Notes: generated from the sequence alone by a model not told the origin. A DNA stretch of 63,025 bases, filler included, from 7 parts of 7 records of this genome joined end to end with filler, not necessarily neighbours in it, one strand, 5' to 3'; positions 40,933 through 51,917 are shown, numbered from the whole stretch's first letter. Program-made: numbers and translations.

Positions 40933-42198
40933 ATGAAATCAAAACTTCTTGTTCTATTTGTAATAACTGCAACATTTTTAGCATGTAATAAAGAGTCGGT
41001 ATTAATTGTAAATAATTCATTGGACATCGATCGGCCCAATGAGGTTATTGTATTAACGCGCGATTATATTGGTCAAATAACGCCAATAAAAGAGGGATTT
41101 CTACCTGTTTTTGAAATAAATGAGCAAATCGCTCCCTCTCAAACCGATGATTTAAACCGGGATGGAATCTGGGATGAAGTAGCGGTTCTGATAAATTTTA
41201 GTGCCAATGAAAGTAAAAAACTTAAACTGGCCTGGGTTCCCAAAAATGAATATCCGGAATTTGAAAAAAGAACAAATCTTAGATTAGGAATAATCCGCGA
41301 AGATGGGAAATATAAAGAAGTAGACAATTATAAAGCGCTGCCTTGTGCAAATGAATTTAAAATAATTGCACAAGCCGAAAGTGTGAACTGGGAGAATGAT
41401 AAAATCGCATTTCGGAACTATTTTGATTGTAGAAATGTAAAAGATTTATTTGGTAAACTTCAGCCAAAATTAATTCTGGATAATATTGGATTACCCGAAA
41501 TGGGAAATTACCACGAACTGAATGAGTGGGGAATGGATATTCTACATTGTGGAAGTTCATTGGGTTCGGGAGGTATTGCATTGCTTCGTAACGATTCTTT
41601 ATTTCGTCTTGGATCGACCAGAGAGTATGAATATTATAAATTGACGGAAGGACCGGTGCGTTCGGTATTTGAACTTCGCTACAAAGGATGGAAAGTTGAA
41701 GAAGATACATTGGAGGCTGTTGAACGCATTTCGATATATCCGGGAAAATACTGGTTCGAATCGGATGTAACTGTAAATGGACTAAACGAAGGAGACCAGG
41801 TTGTAACCGGGATTGTTACAAGCATGCTAAAAAATGAACCTTTTCAATTTCAAACCGATAGTTTTCAGTGTATTGGAACTCACGATGTGCAGTCGTTAAA
41901 TAACGATGAGTTGGGAATGGCATTAATTGTTCCGTTAAGCGAAACTGGGAAAATTGGCAGAACAAGTAATACTAATTTTTTTAATTTGGGCTTTCAAACT
42001 GTCGTTGAAAAAGGATTCTCGAACATTATTTCTGAAACTTTTTATATAGGGCAAAAGTGTAAGAACGATGTTCCCGTTAAACATTACTTTTTTGCTGTTT
42101 GGGGATTGGAACAGGAACAGTGGAAAACAGAAAATGGTTTCAAAGATTATATTTCTGAAGAAGCAAAAAGGTTAAGTTCACCTATTTCAATAAAATAA
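40933..42198 (+). CDS. DUF4861-like lipoprotein
   Basis: Lipobox FLAC; PSQTDDLNRDG, WENDKIAFR, WGMDIL..GSSLG.GG, EGPVRS. Confidence 0.75.
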   Translation: MKSKLLVLFVITATFLACNKESVLIVNNSLDIDRPNEVIVLTRDYIGQITPIKEGFLPVFEINEQIAPSQTDDLNRDGIWDEVAVLINFSANESKKLKLAWVPKNEYPEFEKRTNLRLGIIREDGKYKEVDNYKALPCANEFKIIAQAESVNWENDKIAFRNYFDCRNVKDLFGKLQPKLILDNIGLPEMGNYHELNEWGMDILHCGSSLGSGGIALLRNDSLFRLGSTREYEYYKLTEGPVRSVFELRYKGWKVEEDTLEAVERISIYPGKYWFESDVTVNGLNEGDQVVTGIVTSMLKNEPFQFQTDSFQCIGTHDVQSLNNDELGMALIVPLSETGKIGRTSNTNFFNLGFQTVVEKGFSNIISETFYIGQKCKNDVPVKHYFFAVWGLEQEQWKTENGFKDYISEEAKRLSSPISIK

Positions 42199-42228
42199 AT
42201 TCTTATAAATAACCAATTCTATAAGATC

Positions 42229-43056
42229 TCATACAAAAAACAATTTTATCCATCCCTGAATGATTTCACCTGTTTCAGGATCAAGTTGCGAACCATACAT
42301 ACTGTGCGGAATTGAATATACCAGTAGCATTACAATTGCAGCAACAATAACATATACAGGCTTCTCTTTTTTGCGGTTTGTGATAAAAGCAATGAGCCAA
42401 AATATGAATGCCAGTAGTGTTTTGTTGTCGGTTAAATCCCAGGCAAATGGAATTCCAGCCCAGGCTTCTCCAAAAGCGTACCATTGCACCCAGGGACCAA
42501 GTATCATTCCTCCAATAAAAAGTGTAATTACCGTAATGGTAGTATAAAAGCGGTATTTTTTGTATTTGAAGATGGCCATTATTCCAGCCAGATTTCCCAG
42601 GAACATAGCAAAAAACATAAAGAAAACATGAGGAATAAGAATACTTGCCGGAACATCTCCTTTAAAACGGATAACTACTGCCTGGCTTTCATTTAAAGGA
42701 TATTTTTTCCCCTCTTTTTCAAGAACAATTAAATATTCATATTTCCCGGCTGGTGGTAAATGGGGGAGGTTCCCCGTTAATATATCACCTTGTCTTTCCA
42801 GTTTTGAAATGGTCCAGTTTTCGTTCGTAGGAAAACTACGAAATTCAAGAATACCAGAAATTTCCTGTTCGGGTACTAATAATTCAATTTTACAATCGTT
42901 TTCGCCACCATGACTTCTTATTAATTCAAATGTATAAACTTCACCATCGATGTTGATTTCGGTTTTTTTATTGTACGTCGGACCAGTTGTACGTTGATAT
43001 ATCATGGCCGAAAAAGTAATCAGAATGGCAATTATCCAGTAAAAAACAACTTTCAT
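42229..43056 (-). CDS. Conserved hypothetical membrane protein
   Basis: YQRTTGPTY, LPPAGK, several TM helices, DLTDNKT, IPHS. Confidence 0.75.
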   Translation of the reverse strand: MKVVFYWIIAILITFSAMIYQRTTGPTYNKKTEINIDGEVYTFELIRSHGGENDCKIELLVPEQEISGILEFRSFPTNENWTISKLERQGDILTGNLPHLPPAGKYEYLIVLEKEGKKYPLNESQAVVIRFKGDVPASILIPHVFFMFFAMFLGNLAGIMAIFKYKKYRFYTTITVITLFIGGMILGPWVQWYAFGEAWAGIPFAWDLTDNKTLLAFIFWLIAFITNRKKEKPVYVIVAAIVMLLVYSIPHSMYGSQLDPETGEIIQGWIKLFFV

Positions 43057-43319
43057 GTAGTTAAAATTTTAGCGAAACGACATTAATAAAAATGAAAGTG
43101 GAAAATAATACATTTTTATCAATTTGCTGATATCTCGTTTTATTTTTATGTTTTTAAAAAATGAATATGCTGTTTTTTCTAACTTCTTCATACAACTGAA
43201 AATGAAAACAAATAGTTTAAAATGATGAATTTGATTAAGTTATGAATGTTGATTTAGCGAAGTAAAAGTTATAATAATAGTTATCTTTGCTTGATTAATA
43301 AATCCTAGTTTTTCAGAAT

Positions 43320-43844
43320 ATGAAACTTAAATTTTTACTAGTTATTGCACTCGGTTTATTGTTTTCCTGCAATCAGAAAAAAAATACAAAACCGGAATTA
43401 AGTGAACAGGATAAACTTAAATTGGAGGCCGTTTCGCTTGCCGAAGAATATGCAAAAGAACAGTTGACTGATGCAAAAACGATGGTTGTTCAAAATGGGA
43501 TAACCGTAATAAATGATGATGAAAAGCGATATGTTATCGATCCTTCAGAAACATTTGTTGGAATGATAGATAGTGATACGCTTACTGACGCAATTGTTTC
43601 TTTTACTTCGTATTATAAAAATGAAATGGGATTTACTGAGCAATTAATATTCATAAATTCCGGGAGCAAATTAACGTTAATGAAATCGGTCGAAGATGAC
43701 ATTAAAATTCTTATGTTGAAAGACAGGATAATAACTGCGGAGCTTCATACAAAACCCAGAACATCGCCTTTATATAATTGCGACCATTGTAAGGAAGTTG
43801 TTGATTTTGTTTTTGAAAACGGAGAGTTGGTTAAACTGGAGTAA
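43320..43844 (+). CDS. Hypothetical lipoprotein
   Basis: Lipobox LFSC; preceded by a TATCTTTG Bacteroidota -7 box at 43282-43289; C-terminal CDHC. Confidence 0.7.
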   Translation: MKLKFLLVIALGLLFSCNQKKNTKPELSEQDKLKLEAVSLAEEYAKEQLTDAKTMVVQNGITVINDDEKRYVIDPSETFVGMIDSDTLTDAIVSFTSYYKNEMGFTEQLIFINSGSKLTLMKSVEDDIKILMLKDRIITAELHTKPRTSPLYNCDHCKEVVDFVFENGELVKLE

Positions 43845-43872
43845 CCAATTAACCAACCCACCTTTATAGATT

Positions 43873-44334
43873 TTATTTTTTTAGTTGATAAACTACAGTT
43901 TCTGCCCTGTTCATTCCGGCAACAATTAACGGATTTTCACCCTCCAGAAGATGTAAAGACTCTACCATTCCCTGAAGAATAATTCCACTTTCTGAGGGCA
44001 GAAGAACATCAAATGCTTGTTCGTTGCCTTTACTCAGTAATACAAATCCTTTGTTTGCATCCATATAACCGGTTGAAATGTCGTATGTATAATCGTTTCC
44101 TGAGATAAGAACATCGGGAATGTTGTCATCGTTAAAGTCTCGTACAATCATCTTTTTAATGGGCGAAACCTGCAACGATCGGGGTAATTCTTCCCATCTG
44201 AAAGAATCGTCTTCATTCCAGATAATGCAGCTCGAAACTGTATTTACATGCAATTTAAATTCAAGGTTTTTCAATGTTTCCGAATCTAACATTTCATCGA
44301 AACTTTTAAAACTAAAATCTTTATAATTACCGGC
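43873..44334 (-). CDS. C-terminal part of an FG-GAP/VCBS-repeat protein, 5'-truncated
   Basis: LPRSLQVSPI, DFNDDNIPDVLISGN, DANKG; the frame is open to the contig edge. Confidence 0.7.
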   Translation of the reverse strand, partial: AGNYKDFSFKSFDEMLDSETLKNLEFKLHVNTVSSCIIWNEDDSFRWEELPRSLQVSPIKKMIVRDFNDDNIPDVLISGNDYTYDISTGYMDANKGFVLLSKGNEQAFDVLLPSESGIILQGMVESLHLLEGENPLIVAGMNRAETVVYQLKK

Positions 44335-44434
44335 NNNNNNNNNNNNNNNNNNNNNNNNNNNNNNNNNNNNNNNNNNNNTTAATTAATTAANNNNNNNNNN
44401 NNNNNNNNNNNNNNNNNNNNNNNNNNNNNNNNNN
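44335..44434. other. Artificial contig spacer
   Basis: 44 N + TTAATTAATTAA + 44 N. Confidence 0.99.
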
Positions 44435-44461
44435 AGACGGAGCATTGCTCCGTCTTTTTTT
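44435..44461. terminator. Intrinsic terminator hairpin
   Basis: AGACGGAGC-att-GCTCCGTCT followed by a T-run, downstream of hemW. Confidence 0.7.
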
Positions 44462-44484
44462 ATTTTATCAGGAAAATCTGTGGT

Positions 44485-45579
44485 TTAAATTAGATCAACT
44501 AATATCGTATCCAGCATCAGCCAACCTTGAGGGGTGCATTTTATGGAAGTTTCTTCGTTTATGAACCATCCGGGATGTATTCTATCGTATTTAAGCAGTT
44601 TATCCCATGTTTCGGATGAAATATCAGTCTTTTTCAGCCCTTCAGAGCATCTCAGGCGCGTTATAAGTACATCTGACTCCGTTACCATGTCTTTATCGTG
44701 AAAAGCCTTAGGATCGGAGATAAATGCTTGAATATCATTTTTATATGAGAATCGTTCATTGCCAATTCGTGAGTGAGCAGATGGTCCGATACCCAAATAA
44801 TCTTGTTCGGTCCAATAGGAAGAATTATGGCGACTGTATTTTCCGGGTTTGGCATAATTGGAGACCTCATAATGCTCATATCCATGATAAGCCAGCATAT
44901 CATGAACTCGATAATAATGATCGATCTCACTGTCCTCATCTGCCGGATTGATCTTTCCAATATCTACCAGTTCCGCAAGCGGTGTACCTTCTTCGATCGT
45001 TAAATTATAGGCAGAGATATGTTCCGGTTCATATTCAAGTAGGGATAAAAGGTTTTTATCTAGAGATTTAATATCTTGTCCGGGCAAAGCATAAATAAGA
45101 TCAACTGACATATTATCAAATACCCCACGAGCATTTTTAAGGCACTCAATTGCCGTTTTACTGTTGTGAAGCCGCCCCAGTAGTTCTAATTCATCATCAT
45201 CATTTAGAGATTGGATACCAATTGAAAGGCGATTAAAACCGATTTGCTTCAGTTCTTTCAGTGATCTTTTATCATGAGAAAATTCCGGGTTGATCTCGAT
45301 ACTGACCTCAGGCTCATTAATGAGCAAGAATTGTGATCTTATTTCATCTAATATTGACTTTAACTGATCAGTGTTAAGTAGATTTGGTGTTCCACCGCCA
45401 AAATATATGGTTTCGATCTTGTGACTTGTTTTTAGGGTAGCTGCATGAAAACGAAGTGACCTTTTAAGTGCTTCGATGTATTTTTCCACATAAGATTTGT
45501 CGCTAATGCTGTAAAAATCGCAGTACAGGCACTTGCGATGGCAGAAGGGAACATGAATGTAAAGTGAAAGCGCTTTCAT
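44485..45579 (-). CDS. hemW: Radical SAM heme chaperone HemW
   Basis: LYIHVPFCHRKCLYCDF, YFGGGTP, HYEVSNYA, HNSSYW. Confidence 0.93.
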   Translation of the reverse strand: MKALSLYIHVPFCHRKCLYCDFYSISDKSYVEKYIEALKRSLRFHAATLKTSHKIETIYFGGGTPNLLNTDQLKSILDEIRSQFLLINEPEVSIEINPEFSHDKRSLKELKQIGFNRLSIGIQSLNDDDELELLGRLHNSKTAIECLKNARGVFDNMSVDLIYALPGQDIKSLDKNLLSLLEYEPEHISAYNLTIEEGTPLAELVDIGKINPADEDSEIDHYYRVHDMLAYHGYEHYEVSNYAKPGKYSRHNSSYWTEQDYLGIGPSAHSRIGNERFSYKNDIQAFISDPKAFHDKDMVTESDVLITRLRCSEGLKKTDISSETWDKLLKYDRIHPGWFINEETSIKCTPQGWLMLDTILVDLI

Positions 45580-45610
45580 AAAACAAAAACCCCGCTCAAA
45601 GAACGGGGTC
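45580..45610 (-). terminator. Intrinsic terminator after the nucleotide-sugar dehydrogenase
   Basis: Minus strand GACCCCGTTCTTTGAGCGGGGTTTTTGTTTT. Confidence 0.65.
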
Positions 45611-45629
45611 TATAAAATAGAGAAGTTTT

Positions 45630-46973
45630 TTAATTTTCGAGGACACGGCCGCCGCCCATGCGCATGACCTTGCCTTCAGTATTTTTTAGGTCTTTGGTTG
45701 CGTTACGGCTGTCGATCACAAGATTCGCATTATCAACAACAAACTGATGATCAACATTTTTATGAGCAGTTGTAATAACAACGGCATCCAGTGATTTGAG
45801 TAATTCAGCCGTCAGCGGAACTGATTCTACTTCACCGCCATTGCGCTTGAATGAAGGACAATATGGATCATGGTAGCAAACCGTTGCACCGCGATCTTCA
45901 AGTAAATTGTATACGTCAAATGCCGGTGATTCACGAAGATCATCAATATCATTCTTGTATGCCATTCCCAGAACCATAACATTTGAACCGTTCAGGGCTT
46001 TTCCGTGCAAGTTCATGCCATCCATTAATGTGTGAACCACATATTCGGGCATGGATGTATTGACTTCAGCAGCCAGATCGATGAATTTGGTCTTGTAGTT
46101 CAAGGTCTTCATTTTCCAGCTCAAGTAATGAGGGTCAATGGGAATACAGTGACCGCCCAAACCGGGACCGGGATAAAATTTCATAAAACCGAAAGGTTTG
46201 GTCGCCGCAGCGTCAATGACTTCCCAAGAATCCACTCCAAGCCTGTCGCACATAATAGCTAATTCATTTACCCAGCCGATATTGATCATACGGAAGGTAT
46301 TTTCAAGTAATTTTGCCATTTCGGCCGCTTCGGCAGAGGAAACGGGGACGATCTCATCAAATACCTGATCGTAGATCGCTTTTGAATGTTCCGTACAAGC
46401 AGGTGTAACACCGCCAAGAACTTTAGGTGTATTCTTAGTTAAATATGTGGGGTTGCCCGGATCAACGCGTTCGGGTGAGAATGAAAGAAAGAAATCTTTA
46501 CCGCATTCCAAACCGGATTTCTCCAGACGGGGCAGCATATATTCTCTTGTAGTTCCGGGGTATGTGGTCGATTCAAGGATAACAACCAGATCTTTGTGCA
46601 TATATTTTTCAATTTCATCCAAAGCGGATGTAATAAATGACATATCGGGATCTTTAAGTTTGTTCAAAGGAGTAGGAACACAAATTGAAACGACATCCAT
46701 GTCTTTAATGACAGAAAAATCAGTTGTTGCCACGATCAAACCCTTGTCAACAGCTGTTTTCAATTCATCATCTTTAACGTCACCAATGTAATTTTCGCCC
46801 TTTGCGATCATATCCACTTTGACGGGGTCAATTTCAATACCCGTAACTTTAATGCCAACATTGGCTACTTCAACCGCCAGTGGCAGTCCGACATAACCAA
46901 GTCCGATAACACAAAATTGGGTGTCTTTTGTTTTTAATTTTTCCAAAAATGTCATGTATGTGCTCCTAATCAA
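45630..46973 (-). CDS. UDP-N-acetyl-hexosamine 6-dehydrogenase (WbpA/WecC-like)
   Basis: GLGYVGLPLA, CVPTPL, ESTTYPGTT, FSPERVDPGN, GPGLGGHCIP. Confidence 0.9.
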   Translation of the reverse strand: MIRSTYMTFLEKLKTKDTQFCVIGLGYVGLPLAVEVANVGIKVTGIEIDPVKVDMIAKGENYIGDVKDDELKTAVDKGLIVATTDFSVIKDMDVVSICVPTPLNKLKDPDMSFITSALDEIEKYMHKDLVVILESTTYPGTTREYMLPRLEKSGLECGKDFFLSFSPERVDPGNPTYLTKNTPKVLGGVTPACTEHSKAIYDQVFDEIVPVSSAEAAEMAKLLENTFRMINIGWVNELAIMCDRLGVDSWEVIDAAATKPFGFMKFYPGPGLGGHCIPIDPHYLSWKMKTLNYKTKFIDLAAEVNTSMPEYVVHTLMDGMNLHGKALNGSNVMVLGMAYKNDIDDLRESPAFDVYNLLEDRGATVCYHDPYCPSFKRNGGEVESVPLTAELLKSLDAVVITTAHKNVDHQFVVDNANLVIDSRNATKDLKNTEGKVMRMGGGRVLEN

Positions 46974-47005
46974 ATTTTAAGGTCAATTATAATACAAATG
47001 TAAAA

Positions 47006-47542
47006 TTATTCCAATATTTCCTTTAATAAGGGTAAAGCTTTATCTTGTTCGGAAAGCAAAGGATCTTTAATGATATCCCCAAGATCGAATTTCGGATCAT
47101 CCCAACGTATGCCGCCTTGATGTTCAGGAGCATAGGGGGCTGAAACCTTATATGAAATGCTGGCCTTATCCGATAAGACATAATATCCGTGGGCAAAGCC
47201 TTCGGGTATGAACAATTGATCGCCTTTTTCTGCCGATAACTCTATGATCAGTGTCTTTAAATAGGTGTTTGATCCTTTGCGCGTGTCTACAACGATATCA
47301 AGAATATTTCCTTCGATCATTGTAATAAGTTTAGCCTGCTCATGCGGAGGAAGTTGGAAATGCAGTCCTCTAAAGACATTCTTAATGGAATGTACCAAAT
47401 TATCCTGGACAAATTTACAACTGATACCGGCATGAACATATCGTTCCTCACGATATGTTTCCCTGAAATCACCCCTTTGGTCTTTAAAGACCTTTGGTCT
47501 GATCAGCAGAATGCCTTCTATGTCCGTTTTAAGTATTTCCAT
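47006..47542 (-). CDS. rfbC: dTDP-4-dehydrorhamnose 3,5-epimerase
   Basis: DQRGDF, VQDN, RGLHFQ, IPEGFAHG; start MEILKT at 47542. Confidence 0.93.
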   Translation of the reverse strand: MEILKTDIEGILLIRPKVFKDQRGDFRETYREERYVHAGISCKFVQDNLVHSIKNVFRGLHFQLPPHEQAKLITMIEGNILDIVVDTRKGSNTYLKTLIIELSAEKGDQLFIPEGFAHGYYVLSDKASISYKVSAPYAPEHQGGIRWDDPKFDLGDIIKDPLLSEQDKALPLLKEILE

Positions 47543-47555
47543 CAATTTTAACTTC

Positions 47556-48872
47556 TTAGTATGTGCACTTGGTTCGACCGGTACAAACAAATTGAAAACC
47601 ATTACTCAGCATTTCCTGAGGATCGTAAACGTTTCGTGTATCGATGAATAATGGTGTTTTCAATAATTTTTTTACACGATTAAGGTCAAGTGATCTGAAC
47701 TCATTCCATTCTGTCATCAAGATCATTGCATCGGCTCCATCAATGGCGTCATAAGCATTTGACTTGTAATCAAGATCCGGAAAATCGCGTTTGAAATCAT
47801 CGCTTGCGATGGGATCATAAACCTGAACTTTGGCTCCATGAGCCTCCAGCTTTTCAATAACGACTTTACTGGGGGAGAAGCGGGTATCATCCGTTTCAGG
47901 CTTGAACGCCAGTCCAAGAATAGCAATGGTCTTGCCTTTTAATTCAGGTAAGATCGTTTTGAGCTTCGAAACGACATTTTCTTTTTGAAATTCGTTCGCT
48001 TTGATGGTTGCATCAACAACTTTTGTCTCAATGTTGTTTTCTTTAAAGATCTCAACCAGAGCCATGGTGTCTTTCGGGAAACAAGAGCCCCCAAAACCGG
48101 GTCCGGCATTTAAGAATTTAGGAGATATGCGGGAATCCAATCCCATTGCTTTTGCGATCTCGCTGACATCTGCACCGACGATATCGCAAAGATTTGCGAT
48201 CTCATTGATAAAGGTGATCTTGACAGCCAGAAATGCATTTGAAGCATATTTGATCAGTTCAGCGCTTTCAATATTTGTTTCTACGTAGGGTAAACCGCGA
48301 ATGATAAGAGCGCGGTAGACGTCCTTCAGAATACTTTGTGCTTTTTCACTGCGTGAGCCGACCACAACGCGATCGGGGTTCAAAAAGTCACCGACAGCAT
48401 TACCTTCACGAAGAAATTCGGGATTTGAAACGACGTCATAACAATCTTTGCAGCCGGATTCTTTCTTGATAAGCTCCGAGGTCTTCTTACCCGTTCCAAC
48501 AGGGACGGTAGATTTATTGATAAATACTTTGTAATCATTCAAGTTTTTGGCAAAAGAAGTCGCTACAGCCCAAACCGCTCTAAGATCGGCTTCACCACCT
48601 TCACCGGGAGGGGTCCCCACCGCTGAAAAGATCACGGTTGAATCCTGAATGGCTTTATCAATATCGGTGGTAAAGCTTAAACGTCCTGCTTTAACATTAC
48701 GCTCAACAACCTCAAGAAGACCGGGTTCGTAAATGGGAATACCGCCTTCCTGTAATGTTTTGATTTTTGATTCATCGATGTCAACACCAATGACCGAATT
48801 ACCGAAATCAGCCAAACCGGCCGCAGAAACAAGCCCAACATATCCTGTTCCGACTACACAGATCTTTTTCAT
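47556..48872 (-). CDS. ugd: UDP-glucose 6-dehydrogenase
   Basis: GTGYVGL, KSTVPVGT, SNPEFLREG, GFGGSCFPKD. Confidence 0.93.
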   Translation of the reverse strand: MKKICVVGTGYVGLVSAAGLADFGNSVIGVDIDESKIKTLQEGGIPIYEPGLLEVVERNVKAGRLSFTTDIDKAIQDSTVIFSAVGTPPGEGGEADLRAVWAVATSFAKNLNDYKVFINKSTVPVGTGKKTSELIKKESGCKDCYDVVSNPEFLREGNAVGDFLNPDRVVVGSRSEKAQSILKDVYRALIIRGLPYVETNIESAELIKYASNAFLAVKITFINEIANLCDIVGADVSEIAKAMGLDSRISPKFLNAGPGFGGSCFPKDTMALVEIFKENNIETKVVDATIKANEFQKENVVSKLKTILPELKGKTIAILGLAFKPETDDTRFSPSKVVIEKLEAHGAKVQVYDPIASDDFKRDFPDLDYKSNAYDAIDGADAMILMTEWNEFRSLDLNRVKKLLKTPLFIDTRNVYDPQEMLSNGFQFVCTGRTKCTY

Positions 48873-49588
48873 TATTCCTCCGAGGATCCATCCGCTGCGG
48901 GACGGATAATATTCACATATGTGCCTGAGTCAACAAGCTCAAACAGTTCAATTACTTCTTTATTACTCATACGGATACACCCTTTGGATTGAGGTGTTCC
49001 CAACAATCCTTCTTCATGTGTTCCGTGTATATACACAAAACGCCAATATGACGTATGATTAATATCTTCTAATCCTTTCAACCAAATGATACGGCTGGTA
49101 ACAGGATCTTCTTCTATGTTCGTTGTATCTTTGAAAATGGTTGCGATCTCACCGGTCGGACGTCGATCGTAAAAGCACATGCCCGAAGGAGCACCGGCAC
49201 CGTATTTGCTGTCAATAACATGCACGCCCCATGGGGTTTTGTTGCTGCCACGTTCGGCACCGTATCCGTATTTTGAAGCAGAGATGGTATATTCACCAAT
49301 AACATTCAGCCATTCGGCGGCAGAAACAAGATACAACTTATTGTCATTTCCATCGATAAGGATGACTGTATCTAATTCTGTGACACCCGTCACAGATTTG
49401 ATCTCTTCGATCGCAGCTGTTAATCGAGCTACATCATAAGTCTTTACAATTTCCGTAGCTTTTGTTTCAGCTTCTAACTTTGTTTCATTAGATGAGTTCT
49501 TTTTACAGGATACAAGAGAAAATAAAATCAGTAGGGATATTGAAAGGACAACAAGTCGATGTGAAAATTTATGTTGTTTCATGCTCAT
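48872..49588 (-). CDS. L,D-transpeptidase (YkuD) lipoprotein
   Basis: Lipobox LVSC; TPWG, YIHGT...SKGCIRM. Confidence 0.88.
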   Translation of the reverse strand: MSMKQHKFSHRLVVLSISLLILFSLVSCKKNSSNETKLEAETKATEIVKTYDVARLTAAIEEIKSVTGVTELDTVILIDGNDNKLYLVSAAEWLNVIGEYTISASKYGYGAERGSNKTPWGVHVIDSKYGAGAPSGMCFYDRRPTGEIATIFKDTTNIEEDPVTSRIIWLKGLEDINHTSYWRFVYIHGTHEEGLLGTPQSKGCIRMSNKEVIELFELVDSGTYVNIIRPAADGSSEE

Positions 49589-49610
49589 TCTATCAAGTTA
49601 TATTACTTCG

Positions 49611-49693
49611 TACAGCCGGGGAGACTCGAACTCCCACACCCTGAGGGCGCCAGATCCTAAATCTGGTGCGTCTGCCAATTCCGCCACGGCTGC
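49611..49693 (-). tRNA. tRNA-Leu (anticodon TAG), CCA not encoded
   Basis: Minus strand GCAGCCGTGGCGGAATTGGCAGACGCACCAGATTTAGGATCTGGCGCCCTCAGGGTGTGGGAGTTCGAGTCTCCCCGGCTGTA folds as a cloverleaf with a long variable arm. Confidence 0.97.
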
Positions 49694-49743
49694 ATTATTG
49701 ACTGGCGAATATAGGCATAGAAGTCAAAAATTCCAATAGTAAA

Positions 49744-50406
49744 TCAATAATCATTTTCAGCTTTTTTACCCTGTAAGATCGCAACACCTGAAGAAGTTCC
49801 GATCCGGGTCGCTCCAGCCTCTATCATAGCCATGGCATCTTCGTATGAACGGACACCTCCAGAAGCCTTGACTTCAAGTGCTTCACCAACGGTCTTTTTC
49901 ATTAATTCAACATCTTCAACAGTCGCTCCACCGGTGGAAAATCCTGTTGAGGTTTTAACGAAATGAGCGCCGGCGGACATAGCGAGTTCACAGGCCTTGA
50001 TCTTTTCTTCGTCTGTCAGTAAGCAGGTTTCGATAATGACTTTGACCTTGCTTTTATCTGCCGATTGGACAACAGCTTTAATATCCGCTTCGACTAATTC
50101 GTATTTTTTGTCTTTTAATGCACCGATATTAATGACCATGTCGATCTCATAAGCACCATCTTCAACTGCCATCAAAGTTTCAGCAGATTTGATCGAAGGA
50201 ATAGCTGCTCCCAAAGGGAAACCCACGACAGATGCCACCTTGATCTTTTTGCCCTCGAGCAGTTCGGCGCAATAAGCTACATTGCAGGGATTAACGCAAA
50301 CAGCGGCAAAATCATTATCAATGGCTTCTTTGCAAAGTTTTTCAAGGTCAGCGTCACTTGCTTGAGGTTTTAATAGTGTATGGTCGATATATTTTGATAA
50401 TTTCAT
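49744..50406 (-). CDS. deoC: Deoxyribose-phosphate aldolase
   Basis: [37 protein letters not shown]. Confidence 0.97.
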   Translation of the reverse strand: MKLSKYIDHTLLKPQASDADLEKLCKEAIDNDFAAVCVNPCNVAYCAELLEGKKIKVASVVGFPLGAAIPSIKSAETLMAVEDGAYEIDMVINIGALKDKKYELVEADIKAVVQSADKSKVKVIIETCLLTDEEKIKACELAMSAGAHFVKTSTGFSTGGATVEDVELMKKTVGEALEVKASGGVRSYEDAMAMIEAGATRIGTSSGVAILQGKKAENDY

Positions 50407-50410
50407 GTTA

Positions 50411-51769
50411 TTACCTCATCAAATCTTTTATTTCGTTCAGGAATTTATCACCCAGTTCATTGGCGGCTTCACTTGTTGGGGCTTCACTGTATACACGCAA
50501 GATCGGTTCAGTGTTCGATTTGCGCATATGTACCCAACGGTCCGCCCAGGTGATCTTCAATCCGTCAACGGTATTGCAGTCTTCTGCGGCGAATTTTTCT
50601 TTAAGTTTTTCAAGGATCATGTCGGGATCGTTCGTTCCGATCTCGATCTTCTTTTTGCCCATTTTGTATTGGGGGAAGTCAGCATATTTTTCGCTCATAG
50701 AGCGTTCATCGGATGCCAGAAAGTTCAACACCATGGCGGCACCGACCAGTGAATCACGTCCAAGGTGTGAATCAGGGGAGATGATCCCGCCATTGCCTTC
50801 GCCGCCGATAACAGCGCCGACTTCTTTCATTTTTTTGGCAACATTGATCTCACCAATGGCAGTTCGCAAACATTCCGCACCGTATTTCTCGGCAATATTT
50901 GTAACAGCCAGAGTCGTGGAAAGGTTAGTGACCACTTTGGGATCTTCTACTTTACAATGTGAAAGTACCGTTTCCGCTGACATGACAAGTGTATATTCTT
51001 CCGAAAGATAATTGCCTTTTTCATCGCAGACGGCTAATCGATCCGCATCCGGATCAACAGCCAATCCCAGATCGGCTTTGTTATCTTTTACGGCTTCCAA
51101 CAGATCAACAAGATTTTCCGGCAGAGGTTCAGGTGTGTGAGGAAAATAACCGTCAGGAATGCAGTTTACTTCAATTACTTCGCAACCCAATGCTTTCAGC
51201 ATAGCAGGCAAAGCAATGGAACCACCGCCGTTCACGGCATCGATCACAACCTTGAATTTTCGTGCTTTGATCTTTTCAATATCTAGATAGGGGATAGCCA
51301 ACACATTTTCAACATGCATGGCGATCGCTTTATCGTTATCCTGGTAGGAACCGAACTCACCTGAGGCTTTAAATGAGTATTCACCGGCTTTTTTATTGTT
51401 TAAAACTGTTGTGACCTGTTCGGCATCCAGAAAAAGTCCTGTTTTATCAATGAACTTAATGCCATTCCAGGGGAATGGATTGTGCGATGCCGTAATAGCA
51501 ACACCGGACTGGGCTTCAAATAGCTCGGTCATCAACTGAACAGTGGGAGTGGGAACGATACCTATATTGATGACATCCAGTCCCATCCATTGTAATGTGC
51601 GGGCAAAAATATCGGCGATGGTCTTACCGGAAACCCGGGAATCCCGCCCTAGCACAACTGTGCCTTTACCAATGAATTTTCCAAAGGCCGAGGCATATTC
51701 CACAACTTCTTTTGGGGTCATGCTATCCCCGATGGTCGCACGTATACCTGATATCGATTCTATAAGCAT
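50411..51769 (-). CDS. Alpha-D-phosphohexomutase (GlmM/PMM-PGM family)
   Basis: ITASHNP, DPDADR, GGEGNGG, RKSNTEP. Confidence 0.9.
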   Translation of the reverse strand: MLIESISGIRATIGDSMTPKEVVEYASAFGKFIGKGTVVLGRDSRVSGKTIADIFARTLQWMGLDVINIGIVPTPTVQLMTELFEAQSGVAITASHNPFPWNGIKFIDKTGLFLDAEQVTTVLNNKKAGEYSFKASGEFGSYQDNDKAIAMHVENVLAIPYLDIEKIKARKFKVVIDAVNGGGSIALPAMLKALGCEVIEVNCIPDGYFPHTPEPLPENLVDLLEAVKDNKADLGLAVDPDADRLAVCDEKGNYLSEEYTLVMSAETVLSHCKVEDPKVVTNLSTTLAVTNIAEKYGAECLRTAIGEINVAKKMKEVGAVIGGEGNGGIISPDSHLGRDSLVGAAMVLNFLASDERSMSEKYADFPQYKMGKKKIEIGTNDPDMILEKLKEKFAAEDCNTVDGLKITWADRWVHMRKSNTEPILRVYSEAPTSEAANELGDKFLNEIKDLMR

Positions 51770-51779
51770 TTTATCTCCT

Positions 51780-51879
51780 NNNNNNNNNNNNNNNNNNNNN
51801 NNNNNNNNNNNNNNNNNNNNNNNTTAATTAATTAANNNNNNNNNNNNNNNNNNNNNNNNNNNNNNNNNNNNNNNNNNNN
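51780..51879. other. Artificial contig spacer
   Basis: 44 N + TTAATTAATTAA + 44 N. Confidence 0.99.
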
Positions 51880-51909
51880 ACCTGAAACTTGAAACCTGAA
51901 ACTTGAAAC
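51880..51909 (+). repeat. Heptamer tandem repeat (CYTGAAA)x4
   Basis: CCTGAAA CTTGAAA CCTGAAA CTTGAAA at the contig start. Confidence 0.8.
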
Positions 51910-51917
51910 AAAATATT

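Noticed and set aside
49611..49693. tRNA-Leu as an integration site
   Set aside because: No integrase and no duplicated tRNA 3' end seen on this contig.
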